Origin: Pseudomonadota bacterium
Lineage (GTDB): Bacteria > Pseudomonadota > Alphaproteobacteria > UBA11222
Direction: 5' to 3'
Length of the DNA: 64,000 bases
Assembly: GCA_049325255.1 (NCBI GenBank)
Contig: JBMOMW010000056.1
Location: 3,137 to 67,136 of the forward strand
The notes under the pieces are model-generated. The model had not been told where the DNA came from and did not search any database. It saw only the letters and a program-made list of their open reading frames with translations. Below, piece after piece: positions 9,893 through 20,416 of this stretch. Position 1 is the first letter of the stretch, and each line of letters begins with the position of its first letter. Both the position numbers and the translations under genes were made by a program.

Positions 9893-10675
9893 ATGGCGGT
9901 TAGCGAAAAATCGGCGCGGGTGGGTGACGCGACGCTGAAATATCTGGAGGGGGGCAGCGGTGCGCCGTTGCTGGTGCTGCATGGGGAACTGGGCTTTCCC
10001 GGCTGGACCGACGCCTATGAGCAATTATCGAAAACCCGCAAACTGATCATCCCATTTCATCCGGGTTTTGGCGTGGGTGATCGTATTGACTGGATCATGA
10101 ACATGCGCGATCAGGCGTGTTTTTATTCGCGCTTTCTACAGGAACAGTCGCTAAACCCTATCGACGTGTTGGGCTTTTCGATAGGCGGCTGGATCGCTGC
10201 GGAAATGGCGGTGAATAATGCGGCGCAGTTCAAACATATGGCGCTGGTGGCGCCGTTTGGCGTGCGCCCGCCATCAGGTGAAATCCGCGATCTGTTTGCG
10301 ACACCGACGCAGAACTATATCGACGCCAGCATGTTTGATCCCGTCGGGGCGCCGGAGCTTTCCAAACTGTATGGCGAACCGGGCGCGAAGCAATATGAAA
10401 TGTGGGAAGACGCCCGTGCCGAATCGGCACGTCTGGCCTGGGCGCCCTATATGTTCAATCCCAGCCTGCCGCATCTGTTACAAGGCGTAAAAGGCCTGCC
10501 GACACTTATTCTGTGGGGCAAGGATGACAAGATCATCCCGCCCAGCGCCGCCGATGTGTACGCGACCGCGATTGCGGGCGCAAAGGTGGAACTGTTCGAC
10601 AAATGCGGCCACATGCCGGAAATCGAAAAGAAAGACCAGTTTCTTGCCAAGCTAACCGCGTTTCTCGCGCAATAG
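9893..10675 (+). CDS. alpha/beta fold hydrolase
   Basis: Nucleophile elbow GFSIGG and an HGELG stretch. 260 aa. Likely catalytic His near the C-terminus (GHMPEIE). Confidence 0.75.
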   Translation: MAVSEKSARVGDATLKYLEGGSGAPLLVLHGELGFPGWTDAYEQLSKTRKLIIPFHPGFGVGDRIDWIMNMRDQACFYSRFLQEQSLNPIDVLGFSIGGWIAAEMAVNNAAQFKHMALVAPFGVRPPSGEIRDLFATPTQNYIDASMFDPVGAPELSKLYGEPGAKQYEMWEDARAESARLAWAPYMFNPSLPHLLQGVKGLPTLILWGKDDKIIPPSAADVYATAIAGAKVELFDKCGHMPEIEKKDQFLAKLTAFLAQ

Positions 10676-10693
10676 CCAGATAGGGAGACCATC

Positions 10694-12001
10694 ATGCATA
10701 TCGGAACTTTTACAGAGCGTCCTTACGCCAGCCTTGCCGAAAACGAAGTTTATCGTAACGCCAGTTTCTTTGGCGTATCCAACAAACATTTCGATCCAAA
10801 GGTGGGCGCGGATCTGTATCATCGCTATCTGGATCAGAATGTGGCGGCGGAAGATCTGGGCTTTGACGTGATCATGCTGAACGAGCATCACGCCAATCCG
10901 TTCACCATGGGCGCGGTGATGGATGTCGAAGCAGCCATTCTGGCGGCGCGCACCAAGCGGGTAAAGATTGCGCTGATGGGCAATCCGCTGCCGATCACAG
11001 ACCCGCTGCGCCTCGCCGAAGAACTGGCGACCATCGACATGATTTCGCGCGGGCGTCTGGTTGCAGGCTGGGTGCGCGGCGCGGGCTCCGAACAGATCGC
11101 CAATAATGTCAACCCCGCCTATAATCGCGAGCGTTTCAACGAAGCGCATGATTTCATTCAGCAGGCCTGGACGCGGCCCGGGCCTTGGCGTTATGAGGGC
11201 AAGCATTATCATTACCGGCATGTCAATCCGTGGCAAAAGCCCTATCAGCAACCGGTTCCGGAATGCTGGATCCCCGGCCTGGTCAGCCCGGAAACCGTGA
11301 TCTGGTGCGCGCAACACCGCTATCCTTATCTGGCGCTGGCAACGTTTCTGGAGCCGACCATGGAAATGTGGGACATGTATGCCGACGAGGCGGAACGCCA
11401 GGGCTATCAGGCCGGGCCGGAAAATTTTGGCTATCTGCAAAAAATCGTGGTCGCCGAAACCGAAGAAAAAGCCCAGGAACTGGGGCATGCCTGGCTCTAT
11501 GGCGGCGGCCAGCCGGCCTTTGCGCGCCCGGAATGGATGTTCCCGTCCGGCTATAACAGCAAGGCGGCGACGGCGCGCCTGGCCAAGGCCTTCACCAATC
11601 CCGAAACCGGCGATGTGGCGCTGGCCGCTGCGACCTATAGCGAAAATATCGATGTCGAGGCAGCCAGGCGCGCCACCCTGGCAACCTATCAGGGCTTCCA
11701 GGACAGCAACCAGTTTATCATCGGCACCCCGAAATCCGTGCTGCCCAAACTGCGTCATGTCATGGAAACGATCCGCCCCGGCATTTTCATCTGCTGGCAC
11801 ATCGAAGGCGGCGCGGTCAGTCAGGAAGACGCCATGACCAGCCTGCGGCTGCTTGGCACGCAGGTGCTGCCCGAAATGCGTAAATACGCCAAGGAACTGG
11901 GCCTTACCAGCCCCGACGAAGTAAAACCCGGCTCGCGCCCGCTGCCCGCCAGCGGCAAGCGCCTGCCGGTCGTTGGCAAGGTTAGCCGCGCAGCGGAATA
12001 G
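10694..12001 (+). CDS. LLM class flavin-dependent oxidoreductase (luciferase-like monooxygenase)
   Basis: 435 aa with an N-terminal TIM-barrel LLM signature (DVIMLNEHHANPF). Confidence 0.8.
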   Translation: MHIGTFTERPYASLAENEVYRNASFFGVSNKHFDPKVGADLYHRYLDQNVAAEDLGFDVIMLNEHHANPFTMGAVMDVEAAILAARTKRVKIALMGNPLPITDPLRLAEELATIDMISRGRLVAGWVRGAGSEQIANNVNPAYNRERFNEAHDFIQQAWTRPGPWRYEGKHYHYRHVNPWQKPYQQPVPECWIPGLVSPETVIWCAQHRYPYLALATFLEPTMEMWDMYADEAERQGYQAGPENFGYLQKIVVAETEEKAQELGHAWLYGGGQPAFARPEWMFPSGYNSKAATARLAKAFTNPETGDVALAAATYSENIDVEAARRATLATYQGFQDSNQFIIGTPKSVLPKLRHVMETIRPGIFICWHIEGGAVSQEDAMTSLRLLGTQVLPEMRKYAKELGLTSPDEVKPGSRPLPASGKRLPVVGKVSRAAE

Positions 12002-12035
12002 AGGAGTTTAGCCGGCGCGGGCCATGGACCGCCCC

Positions 12036-12422
12036 CTATTCCGCGTCGCGTAACATCTCCGCAAGCTGAATTTTATTCTTCACCCCAAGCTTGCGATAGA
12101 TGATGGTGAGGTAATAGCGTATGGTTGCCGGTGATAAATCCATCAGCCGGGCGATTGCCTTGAAACTTAATCCGCCCACGGAATAATTGGCAACCTTCGT
12201 CTGTTGCTCGCTCACCTGATCGGCCAAAAGCTTGCTGCGCCCCTGAATTAGCGGCATGTGCTGGCGCAGGGCAATTTTTGGCGGCAATATGATGGCGTCA
12301 TGGTACAGAACAAGCAGCAGGCCGCTGAACTGCGCGATAAATTCTGCTGCGGCGGGAGCTTCCATGTTTCGCATTACTGATTTTAATTTTTGTGAAACAC
12401 ACGCGTAATCTTTCTCTGTCAT
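12036..12422 (-). CDS. LuxR-family HTH transcriptional regulator (solo, no autoinducer-binding or receiver domain)
   Basis: C-terminal LuxR/GerE HTH (LSFKAIARLMDLSPATIRYYLTIIYRKLGVKNKIQLAEM). Only 128 aa. Confidence 0.7.
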   Translation of the reverse strand: MTEKDYACVSQKLKSVMRNMEAPAAAEFIAQFSGLLLVLYHDAIILPPKIALRQHMPLIQGRSKLLADQVSEQQTKVANYSVGGLSFKAIARLMDLSPATIRYYLTIIYRKLGVKNKIQLAEMLRDAE

Positions 12423-12598
12423 TTTTCAGCCCCGGACTATTTGATTCGAAATAGCCTGGTTAATTCTAACAAGCGCATCTGCCAGTATCGCATTTTACTT
12501 ATTTCCCGCAACTATGTGCGCTGCGTCACTGTTTATTGGAGCGCTGCATGGTTAACTGATCTTCACCACGACACGAATATCAACCAATTCCGGGGGAA

Positions 12599-12820
12599 AT
12601 GAAAATGAAAACCATTCTGCAACAGACGATCATAATCGGCGCAGTATTGTTTGGCGCAAACGCGCAGGCGGCGGGTTTCGCCACCACCGTTGCGGATCCC
12701 AGGGCCGCTATCTGCTCCGGCGTGAATGGCAGCGGGCAAAGCGCACAGGCCGAGAGAAAAACCTGTGGCGCGGGGGGCAATGCCATATCCCAGCCTACGC
12801 TGCGCGGGACGGCTTCCTGA
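12599..12820 (+). CDS. small secreted Cys-containing peptide (hypothetical)
   Basis: 73 aa. N-terminal signal peptide (MKMKTILQQTIIIGAVLFGANAQA). The mature part has 2 Cys. The ATG is preceded by GGGGGA. Confidence 0.3.
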   Translation: MKMKTILQQTIIIGAVLFGANAQAAGFATTVADPRAAICSGVNGSGQSAQAERKTCGAGGNAISQPTLRGTAS

Positions 12821-12858
12821 CCGGAGATCGCCGACGCTGCCGGCATTGACGTCTGATG

Positions 12859-13290
12859 TCAGCCCGAAGTGATATAGGCCTTCAGCGCCTCGGCTTCGGC
12901 GATCTGTTCTGCGAGGCGGCTTTTCACCACGTCGCCAATGGAGACGATGCCCAGCAGCTTGCGGTTTTCCACCACCGGCAGATGCCGGAAACGGCCACGG
13001 GTCATGCGTTCCATCACCGAATGCAGCGTGTCGCCGGGAGTGCAGGTTTCAATGTCCCGGGTCATCAGGTCGCGCACCCGGCAGTGCAGCACCGCGCCTG
13101 CTTCGCGCGCCAGGCCATGCAGCAGATCGCGTTCGGAAAGGATGCCGAGAATTTCGCCGTTCCCGGCCCGCACCAGCACCGAACCGATGCCGCGTTTTGA
13201 GAGTGTCCTCGCCGCTGATAGGGCCGAATCCTCCGGCCCGACGGAAATGACCTCACCCCCCTTGTCCCTCAAGATGTCGGCTACAAACAT
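12859..13290 (-). CDS. CBS domain-containing protein
   Basis: Two CBS-like repeats (VGPEDSALSAARTL...GSVLV and VMERMTRGRFRHLPVVEN). 143 aa. Confidence 0.75.
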   Translation of the reverse strand: MFVADILRDKGGEVISVGPEDSALSAARTLSKRGIGSVLVRAGNGEILGILSERDLLHGLAREAGAVLHCRVRDLMTRDIETCTPGDTLHSVMERMTRGRFRHLPVVENRKLLGIVSIGDVVKSRLAEQIAEAEALKAYITSG

Positions 13291-13408
13291 GTGCGCCTCC
13301 TGTCATTGTGGTCAGGTTTATCAGGCCGTTTACACTGGCCCAACGCTACGATCATGCGCCTGTTTGCGCAGTCTGACAAGGGGTGGAAATAGGACTGAAC
13401 CGGACGAT

Positions 13409-14233
13409 CTACAGCAGGTTCAGCCGGGAATGTTCGCGCGCCAGAAAGGCCCCGGACCAGGTGGTGCGCACTTCCGCCTCCAGCTCATCCAGAAAGCGGT
13501 CTTCATGTTCGGGATCATGGTGAAAGATCGCCAGGCTTTTGACATTGGCGGCCCTGCACAGGCGCACCCCTTCCTGCCAGGTGGAATGGCCCCAGCCGAT
13601 CTTGCCCGGAAATTCCTTGTCCGTATAGGTGCTGTCGTAAATCACCAGATCGGCGCCTTCTATCAGCGCCAGAATGTTCTGGTCCGGCTTGCCAATCACA
13701 TGCTCGGTGTCGGTAACATAGCACACCGATTTGCCGCGATGTTCAATGCGATATCCGGTCGCCCCGTCCGGGTGGTTCAGCAGGGCAGTTTTGATATTGA
13801 TACGCGGGCTCAGCGCAAAACTTTCACCCGCCTTGAAATCCGTATAGTTGACTTTGGCGTTCATGACCTCAAGCGGCACCGGGAAAAACGGATGCGTCAT
13901 CTGGCCGGAAAATACATTGCGGATAGTGAGATCGCTGCGCAGATGCCCGGCCATGATTTCAAATTCATATTCGGGATGAAATGCAGGCGCGAAGAACGGA
14001 AACCCGCTGATATGATCCCAGTGCGTGTGCGACATCAGAATAGTAGCGCGTTTGATGTTTTTTTTCAGCAGCCAGTGACCCAGATTACGCATGCCGGTGC
14101 CGGCGTCGAAAATAATCCGTTCGCCGCCGCAGGAAATTTCCAGGCAGCTTGTATTGCCGCCATATTGAATATGGTTGGCGCCGGGGCACGCAATGCTGCC
14201 GCGAACCCCCCAGAATTTTACCTTAAACGCCAT
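13409..14233 (-). CDS. MBL-fold metallo-hydrolase
   Basis: HxHxDH metal motif (SHTHWDHISG) plus downstream His and Asp residues. 274 aa. Confidence 0.75.
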   Translation of the reverse strand: MAFKVKFWGVRGSIACPGANHIQYGGNTSCLEISCGGERIIFDAGTGMRNLGHWLLKKNIKRATILMSHTHWDHISGFPFFAPAFHPEYEFEIMAGHLRSDLTIRNVFSGQMTHPFFPVPLEVMNAKVNYTDFKAGESFALSPRINIKTALLNHPDGATGYRIEHRGKSVCYVTDTEHVIGKPDQNILALIEGADLVIYDSTYTDKEFPGKIGWGHSTWQEGVRLCRAANVKSLAIFHHDPEHEDRFLDELEAEVRTTWSGAFLAREHSRLNLL

Positions 14234-14647
14234 GTCATAATCCCTGCCTGTTGTCCGCCAAAAAGACCCGCGTCACGAAGACGACGGCCGATGGCATAAC
14301 CACGCCAACCCGCCACGCCGGAGCCACGCTAGGTAAAAACAGCTTATAATCAAACACTTAACTAAAGGCGCGCTGATAGTGTGCCGCGATTCGGCGATGT
14401 AATATCAATAATTAATATCTGTTTAACAATCGCTTAACAATTTATTCCGGTTTCGGCTATAGGGGCCAGTTATATTTGGATTCAACCAGCATATTTGTGA
14501 CGGGCGTCACAATTTGTCCCGGAATGGACCCGTAAAACATCTTGCCCTATTGCGTGTGCGTGCCATTGTAGGGTGGCGATGATTTAACGGTTTGCGATAT
14601 AATGATTTATGCGTACGGGAATAACCAGATATGACTGAAATCCAGAT

Positions 14648-16114
14648 ATGACCGAAATTAAGGGGGTGCGCGGGCGGATTTATCCGGTGATCCTGTCCGG
14701 GGGGTCGGGCAGCCGCCTGTGGCCTGTGTCGCGCAGTCAGCATCCCAAGCAGCTTCAGCCGTTGATATCGGGCCATACCATGATACAGGAAACCGCCCTG
14801 CGGTTTGGCGACGCCAGCCGCTTTCCCGGCCCCGTAATCATTTGCAATCACGAACACCGCTTTATTATCGCCGAGCAATTGCGTGAAGCCGGAATTCCCC
14901 CCAGCCTGCAAATTCTGGAACCTGTGGGGCGCAACACGGCGCCTGCTGCGGCCGTGGCGGCCTTATGCCTGCAGGCGCGCGATGCGGAGGCCATTTTGCT
15001 GCTGATGCCCGCTGATCATGCGATTGCGGATCTGGATGCGTTTACCAAGGCCATTGAAACGGGCGCCGTGGCGGCGCGGGCAGGCCATCTCGTCACATTC
15101 GGAATAAAACCGGATAAACCCGAAACCGGTTTTGGTTATCTGAAACAGGGGCCAAAAATTTCTGGTTTTGAGGACGCGATAGCGCCGCACAAGGTTGATC
15201 GCTTTGTGGAAAAACCGGATCTGGCGACGGCAGAAGATTATCTGAAGTCCGGGGAATATTTCTGGAACAGCGGCATCTTCATGTTCAAGGCTGGCCTGTT
15301 TCTGGAGACGCTGGGCCGTTTGCGCCCCGCCATGCTGGAGGCCTGCCGCGCAGCGGTCACCAGAGGCAAGCATGATCTGGATTTTTTCCGGCTGGATGCG
15401 GGCGCATTCAGTGCATGTGAATCCGATTCCATCGATTATGCGGTTATGGAACATGCCGACAATGTGGCTATGGTTCCCGTGGATATGGGGTGGAGCGATG
15501 TGGGGTCGTGGGCGTCATTGTGGGAAATCGGTGAAAAGGACGCCCACAATAATCTGCTGCAGGGTGATGTCATCGCCAGCGGTTCGCGCGACAGTTATAT
15601 TCGCTCCGAAAGCCGGCTGGTCACCGCCATTGGCGTGGAAAATCTGGTGATCATCGAAACCACGGATGCGGTGCTGGTGGCGCCGCGTGACCAGACCCAA
15701 CTGGTCAAGGAAATGGTGGACGAACTTAAATTGCGCAACCGCGATGAACATGCCACCCATCGCCGGGTATACCGGCCCTGGGGTTTTTATGAAGGTATTG
15801 GCGAAGGCGACCGGCATCAGGTCAAACATCTGATGGTGAAACCGGGCGGAAAACTTTCCCTGCAAATGCACCACCACCGCGCCGAACATTGGGTCGTGGT
15901 CAGCGGCACGGCGCGTGTAACCCGCGACGATGAAATTGTTCTGCTGGCGGAAAACGAATCCATCTATCTGCCGCTGGGCTGCCGCCATCGCCTGGAAAAT
16001 CCCGGCAAGCTGCCGCTTAGCGTTATCGAGGTGCAGTCAGGCGGCTATCTTGGCGAAGACGATATCGTACGCTTCGAAGATGTCTATCAGCGCGAAGACA
16101 AAGCCGCCGAGTAA
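14648..16114 (+). CDS. manC: mannose-1-phosphate guanylyltransferase / mannose-6-phosphate isomerase (type II PMI-GMP)
   Basis: N-terminal nucleotidyltransferase motif (PVILSGGSGSRLWP) and a C-terminal cupin PMI domain. 488 aa. Confidence 0.85.
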   Translation: MTEIKGVRGRIYPVILSGGSGSRLWPVSRSQHPKQLQPLISGHTMIQETALRFGDASRFPGPVIICNHEHRFIIAEQLREAGIPPSLQILEPVGRNTAPAAAVAALCLQARDAEAILLLMPADHAIADLDAFTKAIETGAVAARAGHLVTFGIKPDKPETGFGYLKQGPKISGFEDAIAPHKVDRFVEKPDLATAEDYLKSGEYFWNSGIFMFKAGLFLETLGRLRPAMLEACRAAVTRGKHDLDFFRLDAGAFSACESDSIDYAVMEHADNVAMVPVDMGWSDVGSWASLWEIGEKDAHNNLLQGDVIASGSRDSYIRSESRLVTAIGVENLVIIETTDAVLVAPRDQTQLVKEMVDELKLRNRDEHATHRRVYRPWGFYEGIGEGDRHQVKHLMVKPGGKLSLQMHHHRAEHWVVVSGTARVTRDDEIVLLAENESIYLPLGCRHRLENPGKLPLSVIEVQSGGYLGEDDIVRFEDVYQREDKAAE

Positions 16115-16135
16115 GCGGTTTTGTCTCTGTGAAAT

Positions 16136-17353
<1,218 letters not shown>

Positions 17354-17359
17354 CTATTG

Positions 17360-17530
17360 AGCAATTTTTTTGTTAAGTTTAACGCCAGACCAGTCCTCGG
17401 CCTGTCACCCCGGATTTATTCCGGGGTCCAGGAGCCACACGCAAAGGCCTGAGTTTGTTACCCTGGACCCCGCAACAAGTGCCCCCGGGACCGGCCTTGG
17501 CCGGCCCGAGGACAAGCTCGGTGACACCGG
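17360..17530. other. GC-rich nested inverted-repeat intergenic element (candidate structured RNA or REP-like element)
   Basis: Contains the hairpin CCCCGGATTTATTCCGGGG and the inverted pair GGGGTCCAGG / CCTGGACCCC. Imperfect terminal inverted repeats AGTCCTCGGCC / GGCCCGAGGACAAG. Lies between aatA and the carbonic anhydrase gene. Confidence 0.4.
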
Positions 17531-17613
17531 GGGTGTGGATTGTATCAATAACTAATTGAGTCACAACATCAAGTATAAAGCGGTGCGCAACCTGGCTATG
17601 CCGTGCGAGTGCC

Positions 17614-18243
17614 CTATAAAATCTTTTCGAACTGATTGCCCTGTGAGCGCCAGCGCAGCTCGCCGCTGGCAATAGAGAACCAGGCCCCATGCAGGCGCAC
17701 GCGCCCTGCATCCACCGCCGCCTGCAAAAATGGAAAGCTGCGCAGATTTTGCAGCGAGTGCCCAATGGCGCCAAACTCCAGCGCCTGCTGCAATGTGGCT
17801 GCGTCTGCGTTGGGATTGTCCGCCAGGACTTTATTCCGGGTTTCGGATATCATATCCACCCAGGGGGCTATAAACTGGCCAACCGGCCGGGCGGACAGGC
17901 TGGCGGCAATGCCCCCGCACAGGCCATGGCCCATGATCACAATGTCCTTCACCTTCAGATGCTCAACGGCAAACTCTATCGCTGCCGATGTGCCATGATA
18001 GCCGCCATTTTGTTCATAAGGCGGCACCAGATTGGCCACATTGCGGACCACAAACAGCTCCCCCGGTCCGGCGCTGAAGATGGTCGCAGGGTCAACCCGG
18101 CTGTCGGCGCAGGCTATCATCATGACTTGCGGGGTTTGGCCCTGTGCCAGGCGGCGGTATAATGCGGCCTGTTCGGCCAGATGCGCATCCTTGAATTGGC
18201 GGTAGCCGTCCAGAAGCAGATCAGGGATCGTCATTTTGCTCAT
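17614..18243 (-). CDS. can: beta-class carbonic anhydrase
   Basis: Zinc ligands in CADSRV and HGLCGG motifs. 209 aa. Confidence 0.85.
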   Translation of the reverse strand: MSKMTIPDLLLDGYRQFKDAHLAEQAALYRRLAQGQTPQVMMIACADSRVDPATIFSAGPGELFVVRNVANLVPPYEQNGGYHGTSAAIEFAVEHLKVKDIVIMGHGLCGGIAASLSARPVGQFIAPWVDMISETRNKVLADNPNADAATLQQALEFGAIGHSLQNLRSFPFLQAAVDAGRVRLHGAWFSIASGELRWRSQGNQFEKIL

Positions 18244-18342
18244 TAAGCCCTTAATGGTTGCAACAGGGGGGTGCCGTAACGGGGCGGGTATGCTATACGC
18301 TAGGTTGGCGCTCCCGCCTACCCCTGTAATTAAACTGTGAAT

Positions 18343-18513
18343 ATGAAAAATCCAGACAATTCCAGCCGGAACATCACCAGCAAAACGGACCGCGAATCCC
18401 GTCAGGCCGAGGCCTTGCGCGCCAATCTGCGCCGCCGTAAAGCTTTTGCTGGTAAAACGGTCCCCTTATCTGAGGCAGATAAGGAGCAAAAACCGGAGAA
18501 ACCCAATGGATAG
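18343..18513 (+). CDS. small basic protein, possibly DUF4169-like (below the length cutoff of the ORF track)
   Basis: By-eye translation gives 56 aa: [56 protein letters not shown]. Lysine/arginine-rich, sits immediately upstream of murA. Family assignment from memory only. Confidence 0.3.
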   Translation: MKNPDNSSRNITSKTDRESRQAEALRANLRRRKAFAGKTVPLSEADKEQKPEKPNG

Positions 18514-19780
18514 GCTGGTTATGCGCGGCGGCAGGCCGCTTTCGGGCAAAATCGCCATCAGCGGCGCCAAAAACGCCGCCCTGCCATTGATGACAGCCAC
18601 GCTGCTGACCCCGGATCCGCTGACCCTGCGCAACATTCCCGATCTGGCCGATATTACCACCCTAAGCGAGGTTTTGAGCGAGCATGGCGCGGAGATCACC
18701 CTGCGCAAGCAGGACGGCGCGCGCATTTTGACCCTGAGCACGCCTGAAATCACCAGTTCCATCGCCCCTTATGATCTGGTGCGCAAAATGCGCGCCAGTA
18801 TTCTGGTGCTGGGGCCGTTGCTGGCCCGCCATGGTCAGGCGCGGGTGTCGCTGCCGGGCGGTTGCGCCATTGGCACACGGCCCGTCGATCTGCACCTGAA
18901 GGGGCTGGAGGCCATGGGTGCGAAGATCGAACTGGATCAGGGCTATGTCAACGCCAAGGCGCCAAAGGGTCTGCAGGGCGCCAATTTCCGTTTTCCCATC
19001 GTGTCTGTGGGGGCGACCGAAAATCTGCTGATGGCGGCAGCCCTTGCAAACGGCGAAACCGTGCTGGAAAATGCGGCGCGTGAACCCGAAATCGGCGATC
19101 TGGCCCGCTGCCTTATCGCCATGGGCGCGAAGATAGAAGGGGCGGGAACGGAAACCATCCGCATCCGGGGCGTCGCCAGACTGCATGGCGCGGATCATAT
19201 CGTGCTGCCGGACCGGATCGAGGCTGGCACCTATGCGCTGGCGGCGGCGGCAACGGGCGGCGATGTGCTGCTGACCCAGACCAGTCCGTATACGCTGGGC
19301 GCACTGCTGGAGCTGCTCGTCCTGGCAGGCGCGCAGATTGACAGCACCGAAGACACATTGCGCGTCCGGCGCGATCCGTCCCGCCGGTTGAAAGGCGTGG
19401 ACGCCATGACCGCGCCCTTTCCGGGATTCGCCACCGATCTGCAGGCGCAGTTCATGGCCTGCATGATTACCGCTGACGGCGCATCGATGATCAGCGAAAC
19501 CATTTTCGAAAACCGCTTCATGCATGTGCCGGAACTGATGCGCATGGGGGCCAATATCAATCTGCATGGCGGCACGGCATTGGTGCGCGGTGTGGATGTG
19601 TTACGTGGCGCGCCGGTGATGGCGACGGATTTGCGCGCCTCGGTCAGTCTGGTGATAGCCGGCCTGACAGCGCTGGATGAAACCACCGTCAATCGGGTAT
19701 ATCATCTGGATCGCGGCTATGAGCGGATTGAGGCCAAGCTCAGCGCCTGTGGCGCCGATATCAGCCGTATCCGGGACTAG
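18506..19780 (+). CDS. murA: UDP-N-acetylglucosamine 1-carboxyvinyltransferase
   Basis: N-terminus ([29 protein letters not shown]) fits MurA. Catalytic Cys loop present ([15 protein letters not shown]). 424 aa. Confidence 0.9.
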   Translation: MDRLVMRGGRPLSGKIAISGAKNAALPLMTATLLTPDPLTLRNIPDLADITTLSEVLSEHGAEITLRKQDGARILTLSTPEITSSIAPYDLVRKMRASILVLGPLLARHGQARVSLPGGCAIGTRPVDLHLKGLEAMGAKIELDQGYVNAKAPKGLQGANFRFPIVSVGATENLLMAAALANGETVLENAAREPEIGDLARCLIAMGAKIEGAGTETIRIRGVARLHGADHIVLPDRIEAGTYALAAAATGGDVLLTQTSPYTLGALLELLVLAGAQIDSTEDTLRVRRDPSRRLKGVDAMTAPFPGFATDLQAQFMACMITADGASMISETIFENRFMHVPELMRMGANINLHGGTALVRGVDVLRGAPVMATDLRASVSLVIAGLTALDETTVNRVYHLDRGYERIEAKLSACGADISRIRD

Positions 19781-19795
19781 ATCATTGGAGCTGAC

Positions 19796-20245
19796 GTGCA
19801 AAAACCGCTGAAACTGACCGCTTTGGACGTGGAAGATCTGGCGGTGATTTCCGCCTGTCTGCAGGATGCAATCGGGCGGGTTGCCGATACGGCCTATGAA
19901 CCGAAACGGCGGCGCTTCGCCATTCTGTTCAACCGCTTCCGCTGGGAAAATGAAGCGGCGCCAAGTCTGGGTGGGGTGTTGGGCCTGCGCACACCGGAAC
20001 GGGTGCGCTGTGCGGTGCATTTCGATGGGGTCACATCTGTGCGTCACCGCAACATAAATCAGGCCAATCCCGAACAGTTGCTGGACCTGCTGGCCATTCA
20101 GGCGCAGGAACAGCGCGACGGCACGGTGCGCATACAGCTATTATTCGCCGGGGGGCCTGAAATGCTGCTGGAAGCGGAATGCGTGGATGGCTATCTTGAA
20201 GACCTCAGCCAGCCATGGCCAGCATCCGGGCGGCCGGAACATTAA
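19796..20245 (+). CDS. DUF2948 family protein
   Basis: Conserved alphaproteobacterial gene between murA and hisD. 149 aa. Confidence 0.7.
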   Translation: MQKPLKLTALDVEDLAVISACLQDAIGRVADTAYEPKRRRFAILFNRFRWENEAAPSLGGVLGLRTPERVRCAVHFDGVTSVRHRNINQANPEQLLDLLAIQAQEQRDGTVRIQLLFAGGPEMLLEAECVDGYLEDLSQPWPASGRPEH

Positions 20246-20280
20246 AGTATGCTCATTTTTGATGGAAACCTGACCCATTT

Positions 20281-20389
20281 TTCGTCATTGCGAGGCGCGG
20301 AACGCGCCGTGGCAATCCAGAGTCTCATAAGAAAGCCCGAGTTTGTGACTCTGGATCGCCACGCCGCTTTGCGGCTCGCGATGACGGCG
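20281..20389. repeat. roughly 105-bp palindromic intergenic repeat element, copy A
   Basis: TTCGTCATTGCGAGGCGCGGAACGCGCCGTGGCAATCCAGAGTC ... GACTCTGGATCGCCACGCCGCTTTGCGGCTCGCGATGACGGCG. About 85% identical to the copy at 61916-62015. Confidence 0.7.
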
Positions 20390-20416
20390 TAGGGAAAATA
20401 CTGATCGGACCATGCC

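Noticed and set aside
10652-11800. 382-aa ORF on the - strand
   Set aside because: Antisense to the LLM oxidoreductase gene. No motifs.
12938-14299. 453-aa ORF on the + strand spanning the CBS and MBL genes
   Set aside because: Antisense to two genes with clear domain signatures. Arg/Ala/Pro-rich composition characteristic of GC-rich antisense frames.
18662-19567. 301-aa ORF on the - strand
   Set aside because: Antisense to murA.
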